This document shows, in pieces, positions 11,458 through 21,791 of a DNA stretch of 64,000 bases (the stretch's first letter is position 1; each line of letters begins with the position of its first letter). Source of the stretch: Tubulanus polymorphus (Eukaryota > Animalia > Nemertea). The notes beneath the pieces were generated by a model. That model had not been told where the DNA came from. It ran no database searches and was given only the letters and a program-made list of their open reading frames with translations. Position numbers and translations under genes: made by a program. The stretch spans positions 2,790,001 through 2,854,000 of the forward strand of contig NC_134031.1 of assembly GCF_964204645.1 (NCBI RefSeq), read 5' to 3'.

Positions 11458-14400
11458 TCACTCGTTGAGAACGCACGTTCGAACCAGCGCCTCGGTGACC
11501 GAGTACGGATCGCAGTTTGAAGACGGTCGTCTGTCCTCGAAGTATCCGAAGCCGTCTGCCATCACTTGACGCGGGATTCTGATGCTGGCTCCGCGGTTAG
11601 CGACGCCGGCCGAGAAATCGTGTATACTCGATGTTTCGTGGGCGCCAGTAAGACGACGTTCATTGTCTTTACCCTCGTTCGGGTCGTAAGCTTTTATGTG
11701 GCGCATGTGTTGCCTCGACAGGCGATCAATGGCAGTTTCGATGACACTGAAATAAATCAAAATCAACCAGCTCTATCAGTCTACAAATTCGATTTAAATG
11801 TTTTCTTTTCATAAATAAAACTTTCCGTCAAAACGAACAATCCATTCTGCTAACGTCGGAAACAAACTAAGTTTATAACTTTGATAGCCCTGGATCAGTC
11901 GTCCACGAAAGAAAGGAATATGTGTCACTGAATTACGATCAAGTGTCGATGAAGTACATAATTTTCAGGGACCGGGCTCGCGTAACGACCGAACCTTGAC
12001 CCACGCTTTCATATCCAGGGTCGACCAACCCACGTAGCTAAACCCTGGAGTGCTCCCGGAACTCGTGATAATGACGAAGCCTTCCGGGAAGCAGCTAAAT
12101 GATTAATTAAGTACGTACTGGGTCAAGGGTTTGTGTGTAATATCACACATGTAAGTAACAAATACACGTGTAGATAATAGATCCAGGGTCGGGTTGTGTG
12201 GGTTTATTGTGTTTACGTCACGCGGAAAGAGCGGTATATTTACGATATTTAACCATCCAGGACCCACATACGATAAATCAACGTTTCAATAATCACCTGA
12301 TGCCACCGGCTTCTTTCGACCTCATTTCCAGCGTCGAGAAGTTAGTGTGAGCTCCGGCGCCGTTCCAATCACCTTCCATCGGTTTCGGGTCCAACGTGGC
12401 GCAGACGCCGAAATCTTCGGTGACTCGGTGTAACAGGAATCGTGACATCCACAGATGATCGCCCATCTCGATACCTTCGCATGGCCCAACTTGGAACTCC
12501 CACTAAACAGATAACAACAACGCATTATTTTCATTTCTTTCTCTCTTCATATGACAGATTCTTTTTTGTCTTCGGCCAACACAATATGCGTAGACCCCAA
12601 GATGTGCCCTCCCCCGCAGAGCATTCAGTTGACGCAATCCCTAGTCTCACCAGGACTGTCGTGACAGCTGTAGGGAGTGTATTCAGCACCTGGTGCAGAG
12701 CAAGTTGAATGGGTTTTTATTGCGACCAAAATTCATTCATTATTTGCAGCGGTCTATCGACCTAATTTCGTATCGCGCTCGCTAACGAAATTGTCGATCT
12801 GGGGCCAGGTGCTCTAAGCTCGTTTTAAAATGTCTAATGTTTTTAAATGATAAAATATCATTGTTTGTAATTAAATGCTTATGTTATAGCTAGGAATAAC
12901 AGATGGGTCGTTAGGGCATCACGCATAGCTACGTTGAAATAGCTATATTGAAATCTTCTCAACCAAAACAATAAAAGGGGTTGCTACGTATGGGAAATAT
13001 TGCAAGACGCGGATTTTTTCTCGAAATTACCTGCGCTGGCATTACTTCTGCATTAGTACCGGCGATTTTAATACCGGCGTATAAACACGCCCGGTAGTGC
13101 GCCTCGACGATGTCCCTTCCGTGCACCTTTCCAGTACCGACAGCGCAATAATAAGGCCCTGCAAATGGCAAATAAACACGATTAATTATAAATGTTTATA
13201 AATAGATGCGAATTATTGAGTGGTTACTTGTAAACGGTTGAGCACAAAGGATTGCGGAATATAAATTATTCAATTCGGGTTAATCTATATAAGTACATCC
13301 AGCATTGTTCTTGTGACAAATATAGAAATATCCCAAATTTATGAAACAGACATAATGTGACCTATGTGAAAGACCTTTCCAGGCACCAGTTACCATAAAT
13401 ATTCACGTTAACTACACGAATTTCGAAATGAAGTATTGTAATATCGTTCGTCGGTCCGTTTTTAAATCGGAACCAGTTTGAACGAGGTACGAACACAAAA
13501 ACCAACCCCGATCACAGTTTATTTTGTTCAAAATAATGAGAAATGGACGTCGACCCAGAAACTCTATTTACAGAGTACAAAGGATAAGAGTTTATGGCAC
13601 ACAAAAATGTCATAAATCTTACGCACGAACAATACTAAACGTTTCTGATATTTTTGTACATGATGTTACATCATGTTAATTTATTACTGTAATACTAAGC
13701 GTCATGGATATAAACCAAGCGATTTTTTCTCAAAGGTAGGTCAAGGTCACGCGAATGACAGGAAATCGTATATCAAACTATCAACAACGAGGCCTTCAGA
13801 AGCGTATGGAATAGGAACGGTGATGGAAAAAATCTTAGTAAATCTTATTATCAAATTTCTCTGCATTACCTTGTGGCCCTGGGAAGCCATTTTTGGGCCA
13901 ACCGAACGGGTGCCCATCGACGTCCATCAACGTGTATTCTTGTTCAATACCGAACCAAGGTATCGACGCCGAAGCGCGGTCCATAACCTGCTTACAGTTT
14001 CTCCTTTTATTAGTGTCTACGGAAAAAAATTAGAGAACATTATTAATAGGTTCACTTGGCGTTACATTGGCGCCAGTAAAAATACAGAGTATAAGAACAC
14101 GTAGTTCACCTGTTGGTTGCCCGTTATATTTGAATGTTTCGCAGAGAATCAGTTTATTTTTGCCGCGACGGAACGGATCTTTAAATTCGGCTACAGGATG
14201 CAAGTAGACGTCCGAGTTAGAACCTTCGGCTTGGTACGTACTCGATCCATCGAAATTCCAGATGGGATAGTCTGAAAATAATCAGAACCAAGGGGTTGGC
14301 CATTGCAGGATCATTCTGTTTATGAAACAGTCACAAATTTTCGTCATTGATTGCATGATGCTTTCTCGTGCATCGCGTATGGTGAAGTAAAAGCTTTACA

Positions 14401-14693
14401 AAAGAAGTTTTCAAAATTAATTTTTGATCAAAAGATTTCCCCGCGTAAACCAAAATGTATATTACACCGATAGCATCTCATTTACGAAAATGCAATTACA
14501 GGGTGTTTTTGTTCTTACCGGATATCGATTTAGGTTCAAAATCTAATGTTTTCGTTTTACATCGAAGTCCTTCTCCAGTTCCGTCGATCCACACGTACAT
14601 AGCCTGGATGATGTCATCGGGCTGATCTAACGTGTAATAGTGGTTCAGCGTGCTTTTATCCAATAAGGATGCTGGTCGTATTTGCAGACTCAT
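11458..14693 (-). CDS. GLUL: Glutamine synthetase type II, 368 aa, 6 coding exons
   Basis: Exons 14693-14519, 14271-14110, 14016-13870, 13158-13031, 12502-12297 and 11746-11458 total 1107 nt. Motifs: [90 protein letters not shown]. Confidence 0.97.
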
Positions 14694-14743
14694 TTTTGCG
14701 AATGTCGTCTGGCGTGTTGTTGTCAACTGTCGTTTATATCTAG

Positions 14744-14777
14744 CAATGAAGAACAATAGCCGACGCTTGGCTTTATA
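14744..14777 (-). promoter_or_regulatory. TATA box plus initiator core promoter of glutamine synthetase
   Basis: On the minus strand TATAAAG starts at 14777 and the Inr-like TCATTG has its A at 14747, exactly 30 nt apart and 54 nt upstream of the ATG. Confidence 0.6.
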
Positions 14778-15273
14778 TATATACGAAAAGAATCGATATT
14801 CGTGGAATAAACTGTCAACTAGAAGGAACTGGTACCACTCTGACTCAGTCGTTCAAGGTTCTAATTTACTCAGTGCCGATCGAGGGACGCAGCTCTCGTG
14901 TTTTATGATAGTAGTAAACAATGAACGGGTTATCGCGAGGTAAACTTTCACATGATGTTGTTACGGAGGGGTAGCGCGTCCTTATAGCGAAATTAGAATT
15001 GGCCGTTCGCCAACGTTGGAAAGTAAAACCATCGGGATGACTGTGTGCGCACGTGGTTTTACGATGCTAGGTCGTTTACACTATGATAATGGAGTTGGAT
15101 ATGTCCCTTAAAAACAATTCCACAGTTGTGTGTTAACTCAAGTAGTTCATTTTCAATGAGCTAGCAGCTCAAAACTGCGTAACTGGTCCAGGTTAAGAAG
15201 GCAGTCCGTAGAACCGGCCCGTAGATTATATTAGCAGATTTGAATAGCGTTGCTACGTCGAAAGCAATACGAG

Positions 15274-15388
15274 GGCCCACTTTCACAAAAAGTTAAAATG
15301 GATCGTTGACTTGTCCTCGTTGAAAACATGAAGTAACCAATAGCAATTACACCAAAAATTTTAGTTAAACTTTTCGTGAAACTGGGCC
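15274..15388. mobile_element. PIF/Harbinger-type MITE (family of 6254-6363)
   Basis: TIR GGCCCACTTTCACAAAAAGTT / AACTTTTCGTGAAACTGGGCC followed by CTG. Confidence 0.6.
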
Positions 15389-17136
15389 CTGGAGTCAGGT
15401 TCAGACAATGCATGACTCTCGTTTAGTTCGCGATCATGCGATGGATCGGCGTCTAGCTTTTGCAAAAAATGCACACAGTTCGGCGAGGTCCCTTCGGAAA
15501 AAGAATGACTGGGACATGAATCGATGACTCATGAGTTCCGAAATCGAGTCGCGCATATCTTATACAGGTTTCCATTGTAAAGAAAATACAATTTTGTGTA
15601 ACTGATTTTTTTTTCAAAAAGAATCTAACGTATGTAACGTAGGAAGAATTATTTTTACAACGAGTTTAGGCTTAGGGAAATACAATATCCTACGCGTGCA
15701 ATATAATCGTCATTTTCACCGTATTTCTATAACATTGTTCTAAGTGCACTTGAAAATGAAAAATCCATTATCGACTCAGACTGTTAGTTCACCTTTTTCG
15801 TCACGCATATGAAATATTACACAACAATATTCTAGGTACATTGCGCGAATGTGTAGGGAAAATGTCGGTTTCTTGGCATCTGCATAAACAACGATTCAGC
15901 AATGATAACACACATTAATAATATACGTTCAGAATTATTATTATCTAAATAAAACGTTCATTACATAACGAATTGTACCGGTACGCCAGACAGAACACTC
16001 AGACAGAATTTGTGCATTGTGGGATTTCCGCGGGCGGGTATCGACCGACGATTAGGTAGTTTGGAGAAATATCATATTTTGTACCTGACCGACCTCATTA
16101 GAATGCCACCTTATCAGAACGGTTTTACTGTATATGTTAGAAATAAATTCAAAAGCTATTTTGAGTCGAGAAGATACACAATATCTATAGAAAAAGCTAT
16201 CATTGATTTTCTCCCTCTGACTTTCATTGTGTGATTGGGAAATCTATCGAGTCGGAGACGCAACCTGTTACAAATTTCTTGGAAAAAGAAGAATATATCT
16301 TTCATAACACGAGTTTGAAGTTGTTCATTCAATATTTCTATATCACATCTACATCCTCATCATCCGACCTCTCAAGAGGAAAACAAGATATTTAATTCAA
16401 GAATATAATTAACACTTTAATTAACTAGATCGACTCACTTGGATTGTCAATAAAAAGCACGTGTTTTATAGATTATTACAAAATAGAAATCATCTAATAC
16501 GAAACAAATTAAGTTAACGAATTTGAAGGGAAGAAAATGATAGCTTACCAATCTTAGAACCGGTCCGTTGTGTTACTTGTTATCAAGTGGCACCACAGTT
16601 GTTTTCCACGCTCACAACAGCTGCAGAGTCGCCGTGTTTACGATTTGTCAAGGCCGTTCGCTAGCGATTCTGTAATTGGTTGAACACTGGTGATCATGTG
16701 CGCAGTGCGACTGACTTCGTGGAATCATTTTTAATGATTCACGTGTGCGCGTCGTTGTCAAGTGGAATGGCGTCATAAGCGGAGAATGGCATGATGATGC
16801 AATAACCCGAAGGATCGGGGTCTGTTCGTGAGAGAGGAGCCAGAGATCTTCCTCAACGAGTGATCATTGTTAGCCTTGGTACTCGGGCTCTTTGGTACCT
16901 CTATGTGGGATGTATATGACAAAAAAAGAAATAATCATTATTTGGCCATCGTCTACGCGGATGCTATCCATATCCGGCTTTTAGTGTTGCTATATCCCTA
17001 TCCAGCTTTTAGTTATCTACTTTCATAAGTCCAAATCCAGATTTTACCCACTTTCATAACCGCGATTTAGTCGCAACTGTTTTGTTTACTTCCTGGTTCC
17101 GAGAAGTGTGCGTTACGTAAAGAATAGAATCTAAGA

Positions 17137-20100
17137 ATGGAGCTGGCGGCGATCGCTAAGAGTTTACTGAGAAGTGTAGCCACTAATGAGGTGCGTATGA
17201 TCGAGGGGCCATAGTATCTAGCATCCGCTGTATGACACCTTTTAAGTGTAATCTGTAGAGAATTAGAAGAGAAGCAACAAGGGAGGGAGGGTGTCAATTA
17301 GATGTTACCTAATCGTTATAGTGGTAAGCTTTTATAGTCGAATGAGCTTCTGCGATCGTTAAACTAAACCACAGACAGTTTATTGACTAATAAGGGTGTC
17401 GCTGTCGGCTTTTCTGAATCCTGTCCTGCTGCGCTGGTGTAGCCCCACCCTCTAAATTTTGTGAGGGTGTGGCCGACTTGGTCGTAATCAGTAGCCTGTT
17501 ATATTTTCACAAATCACACTTTATGCACACACGTAATGTTGGTATCACAGCCCAGTATCACCATCTGATTGCTTGCTTAAACTACGACTAGGTAAAAAAT
17601 ATCCCTACTGTCTGTCACACATGCTCTTCGTGCGACGTTTTGGTCCGTAATTCCGTTAATAATCGGTTGATCTGTAAATATTATGCATCAATTTGTTCAG
17701 TAAGGAATTTGCATTCAGAAATAAATCATGAACTGGCAGAAATTTGTTTGTGTTTTCTTCTATCAGCGATAGTTTACCTAGCATACGCTCGCGTAATGCT
17801 GAAAAACGGCTTTTATGGCCCGTCACGTGGCGCCACCTACTGTATTTTGATATGCTAATGAGCAGGTGATGACATCACTGTAACGTTTCCGAGCGTCCGC
17901 GGAGCGGATTTTTCAGCATTACGCGAGCGTATGCTGAGCACAGGGGCTCGTCACGATAGCTGGGGGTCCAAAATCAAAGATTTGACCCAGTATCCTAGGT
18001 ACCACCTATAAAAAAAGAAAAGGGAGCTAACATTTTGACATACTAGAATTGACCTTCTCATTTCAATCGCTCATAACTTCGTAACCCATCGACCGATTCG
18101 CTCGAAATTGGTTTCGTTTCATTCCTAAGAGGTTACTTTTTCGTTTGAGACCTTCCGCGACAAAATCGGATAAGAGACACCCGAGAAATCACGACTCAAA
18201 TCCGAAAAAACGAGTCAAAATAGCCAAAGCCGGAATTACTAGGACGTCTCGGAGTAGTCGATTCCCGACGAAAAACGATGAGTTGACGCGGTTCCCGGAC
18301 GTTAATCTTCACATATCATACATCGCTGGAAAGCTTATGAACTGACCTTATTGAAAAATGCGTTTATTTGATAATCCGTTCCGAAACCGGCGACAAGCGA
18401 GGTGAAAATACGCACCGAACCGATAAATACGCACTTTAAGCGTCACTGAACCGCCATTGAGGGTGTGACGTCACGGGCTCTGAGGACTGATAAATTCGCG
18501 ATACGTGATTGGTCGACTGAATATGTCAATTATCTAGCGTTGCATGCTGGGATTTCTCATGACGTCACGCAGTTAATGGCGGCCGGAATACACTTGGAAA
18601 TCGTATTTATCGCATCAATCTGGATTATCAGCTCGCCAGTCGCGGGTATCGGAACGGATTATCAAATAAACGCATCTGTCAATAAGGTCAGTTCATAAGC
18701 TTTCCAGCGATGTATGATATGTGGCGATTAACGTCCGGGAACCGCGTCAAATCATCGTTTTTCGTTGGAAATTGAGCACTTCAAGCCGTCCTAGTAATTC
18801 CGGCTTTGGATATTTTGACCCGTTTTTTCGGATTTGAGTCGTGATTTCTCGGCCGTCTCCGGTCCGATTTCATCGGGGAAGGTCTCAAACGAAAAAGTCA
18901 CCTCTTGGGAATGAAACGAATCTAATTTTGTGTAAATCGGTCGATCGGTTACGAAGTTATGAGGGGTTGAAATGAGAAGGTCAATTCTAGTATGTCAAAA
19001 TGTTAGCTCCCTTTTCTTTTTTTATAGGTGGTACCTAGGATACTGGGTCAAATCTTTGATTTTGGACCCCCAGCTATCGTGACGAGCCCCTGTGATGCTG
19101 AGTAAACTATCGCTCATAAATGAAAACAAAAACAACTTCAGTGAAAATTGTTGTTTATTTCTGAATGCAAATTCCTCGCTGAACAAATTGATGCATAATA
19201 AAGGTAGATAAACCGATTATTAACGAAATCACGGACCAAAACGTCGCACGGAGAGTAGGTGTGACAGACAGTAGATTGATTAGCCCTGCTGCGTTCCTGA
19301 TTGACCCTGTTACAGGCTGTGACTGAATCTTTTTTCATGAAACCGTATCATACTAATTAGTATAATTGCTTTATTTCTATTTATTGAATCGCAGACTGTG
19401 GCTTTAGAATCGTTGTGGCAGAATGAAACATGCGTGATCACGTTTCTGCGGAGATTCGGGTGACAGTTGTGTCGTAACTACTCGAGGAAACTGAGCGCTC
19501 TCCGACCTCAGCTCGACGCTAACAATGTTAAAATGATCGGCGTCGGCTTAGAGGAGGAGGGCGTTCAGGAATTCGTCGATGGAAAGTTTTTCGACGGTGG
19601 TAAGTTTTAGCATTTTAAACCCTACTACAGTCAGCGGTTGTTTGTTTCCCCAAACAAACCGTATTTGTTTGCCTGGGTCCCTACGACTCATTGATTCCTT
19701 TTAGATAGAAAATGCTTTTAAAGGTGCTTGTAACTCCTTTGATTTGAGCAAAATGCTGGAACCTCCTTTAAAACTCCTTGACCTTCTTTAGAATTAGAAG
19801 TTTTTTCTGGTTAGCAGTTTTCCTGTAGACTAATCTTTTACCCAATCACATGGTTACCAAATTAGTAACCGAGTTTTTGGAGTAGGAATGATAAAGAGAT
19901 TTGTAACTCCTTGAAAACTCATTATATCCTAGAATGACTGATCTGTAAGGATCGTGATCGTTCATCTATTTTCATGACAGGACCACAGCCTTTTAAGTGT
20001 TGCCTGCACACTGCATCAGGACTCAAATCCGCTTGTCACTCGGGGGCGCTGCTGATAAGATGACTCTCTAATTTCAGAACTGTATATCGACACGAAGAAA

Positions 20101-20818
20101 GAATGCTATAAGAAAATGGGTTTCAAAAGGTACATTGTCTACAAATGAAATTCACTAGTTACTGTGAGCGGGGAAAAGTATTCAATACTGACTTTCCTGG
20201 TTTCGTTGCAGGTTCAACTTTTTCAATGTGTTTCCTGCTGTCTTTTCAAAAAATGCAAGAGATTCAGCTAATCAGGTCGGAACAAAATCTTAAGTTTACT
20301 CGTTTCTTAAAAGGGAAAATCCACAATTATGAAGTAACACTGATAAAGGAGTTTGTTGTTTAAACTCAATGCTATAAGCCGTTTCCAAAAACTTCTTTCG
20401 AAAATGGCTCATAACATTTGAGTTGAAAGGTGAAGATTCAACCCAAATAAGTTTTACCTCCTAATTGTGGCTTTTTTCCTCAATTCAATCAGAAAATCAT
20501 TGTCTCGGAAAACCTACTTGTTTCTTGATAAATAAAATTCATGGTCAGGACGCTCCGTAACAAATCCTATTCTTATCGATGTTTCAGGCGAAGGAACAAA
20601 ATATATCGGGAAATTTCAAAGGCGACGGAATGCAAAATGGCGGCACGTTAGTCGTGAAGAAAGGCGGCGAATTGTTGTTGCGATGGAACCAGGAAAACCC
20701 GGCCGATCACGTGCCGTTACAAGACGTATTAAACGCATTGAATATTAAAGAATCGATTCCGACAAGCGAAAACGAGCCGGAACTCGTGTGCGATGATAAT
20801 AGTTGCGAAATAGAATAG
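17137..20818 (+). CDS. PRXL2B: Peroxiredoxin-like 2B / prostamide-prostaglandin F synthase (SelU family), selenocysteine form with UxxC motif
   Basis: Exons 17137-17190, 19395-19599, 20078-20129, 20212-20275 and 20588-20818 give MELAAIAKSLLRSVATNE-TVALESLWQNETCVITFLRRFG(TGA)QLCR...IGVGLEEEGVQEFVDGKFFDG-ELYIDTKKECYKKMGFKR-FNFFNVFPA...-AKEQNISGNFKGDGMQNGGTLVVKKGG...QENPADHVP. This is colinear with PRXL2B (LRRFGCxxCR, GNLSGD..QSGG.LVV). In-frame TGA at 19461-19463. Confidence 0.9.
17605..19274. mobile_element. Outer fold-back element (~200 bp arms) in PRXL2B intron 1, interrupted by a nested element
   Basis: Termini CTACTGTCTGTCACAC / GTGTGACAGACAGTAG. Left arm 17605-17808 pairs with the split right arm 17908-17938 plus 19103-19274. 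Confidence 0.8.
17939..19094. mobile_element. Non-autonomous long-TIR fold-back DNA transposon (hAT- or P-superfamily-like), 1156 bp
   Basis: Termini CACAGGGGCTCGTCACGATAGCTGGGGG / CCCCCAGCTATCGTGACGAGCCCCTGTG, ~450 bp inverted arms with the outer >100 bp identical, and an exact 8-bp TSD ATGCTGAG at 17931-17938 and 19095-19102. No transposase ORF. Confidence 0.9.
20314..20480. mobile_element. MITE in PRXL2B intron 4 (family of 6132-6563)
   Basis: Imperfect inverted ends GAAAATCCACAATTATGAAGTAA / TTACCTCCTAATTGTGGCTTTTTTC and an internal hairpin shared with 6430-6485. Confidence 0.5.
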
Positions 20819-21436
20819 ACTCGAGTCACCGAAACCGTGCATCCGTTTCCTCGATTACAGTTTAACTGTTAACATTTTTGGTGTAATTGCTTCTATATTG
20901 GTTACTTCAACCTCAGGATCCTCTTCAACTGTTTGTTAAATTTGACGCTACATGTATTATTGAAAATTAATTTCCTACCTCTATTAGTTAAATCTAGCTT
21001 TTAACTAATAAATAAATATTTGAGAGCTAGATTTCCAAGGATGAAGTTCTAGAGTTACTATGGAGCTTTATCCTTGAAAATTTGGCCAAGTAGTTCATTA
21101 TTCTATTTATTGCGGTCATCCAAATATGGTTTAAATGCACGAGGTCAAGGGTCCAGAAATCAAGCAATTTCCTTCAATAGTGATAATGCTCAAGTGTGCA
21201 AGTAGATTTTGAATGCGATATGTCTAAGACCCATGAATTATTTTGACTTTCGAAGGTCATCTCATTAAATCAAAACGATTTTTCACCGGTCAATTGTTTT
21301 TTCATGACATTATATTTTGTTACTAAAGCCTGTTCTTTAATATCCTTCTCTCATACTGCCTTACTGATATGAATTGAGCCTGTTATTTAATTATTATGAC
21401 GATTGAATGCGTCTTTGTGTCGGTACGTATTGTATG

Positions 21437-21517
21437 TTTCTACTGAATGACCGAATGACGTTCGTTAGATGCAAATCTGAAATCGACGATAATCTATCGA
21501 CTGATACTTGTGAGAAA
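21437..21517 (+). promoter_or_regulatory. Candidate SECIS element in the PRXL2B 3' UTR
   Basis: ATGAC (21455) and TGAT (21502) form the non-Watson-Crick quartet. Helix II is GTTCGTTAGAT/ATCTATCGAC, with unpaired AAA at 21473-21475, a possible apical mini-stem, and lower helix TTTCTAC/GTGAGAAA. AATAAA follows at 21608. ATGA-to-AA spacing (14 nt) is slightly longer than canonical. Confidence 0.7.
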
Positions 21518-21791
21518 TCACACGTCACGTCAGAATTAACTTACAACACGGAAGAAACAGAGCTGTTAAATGTATTTTCTATTTATATTTATAATTTACA
21601 CATTTCGAATAAATGTCTAATGCACTATTTGCATATGTGAACTTCCATTCGTTTTTCAAAGACATTTTTCATATTCTTCAAGCCAGTTGTGTAGGCTGAA
21701 GTCATCACTGATACATGGATTATCGCTGACTTGTCAGTATAATTAAATGCACAGTTTGGTTTGACATCTCTCTCAAATTGACGGATTTCTT

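Noticed and set aside
14694-14756. N-terminal mitochondrial targeting extension of glutamine synthetase
   Set aside because: The ORF-track start is TTG upstream of the probable TSS, and splicing from the 16549 donor creates an in-frame TGA. No upstream ATG was found.
18145-18698. Transposase ORFs inside the fold-back element
   Set aside because: Short, non-ATG starts, no DDE, THAP or BED motifs; they lie in the inverted arms and the small central spacer.
19461-19463. PRXL2B as a pseudogene with a nonsense mutation
   Set aside because: The only stop falls exactly on the redox Cys column, all splice sites and downstream exons are intact, and a SECIS-like element is present.
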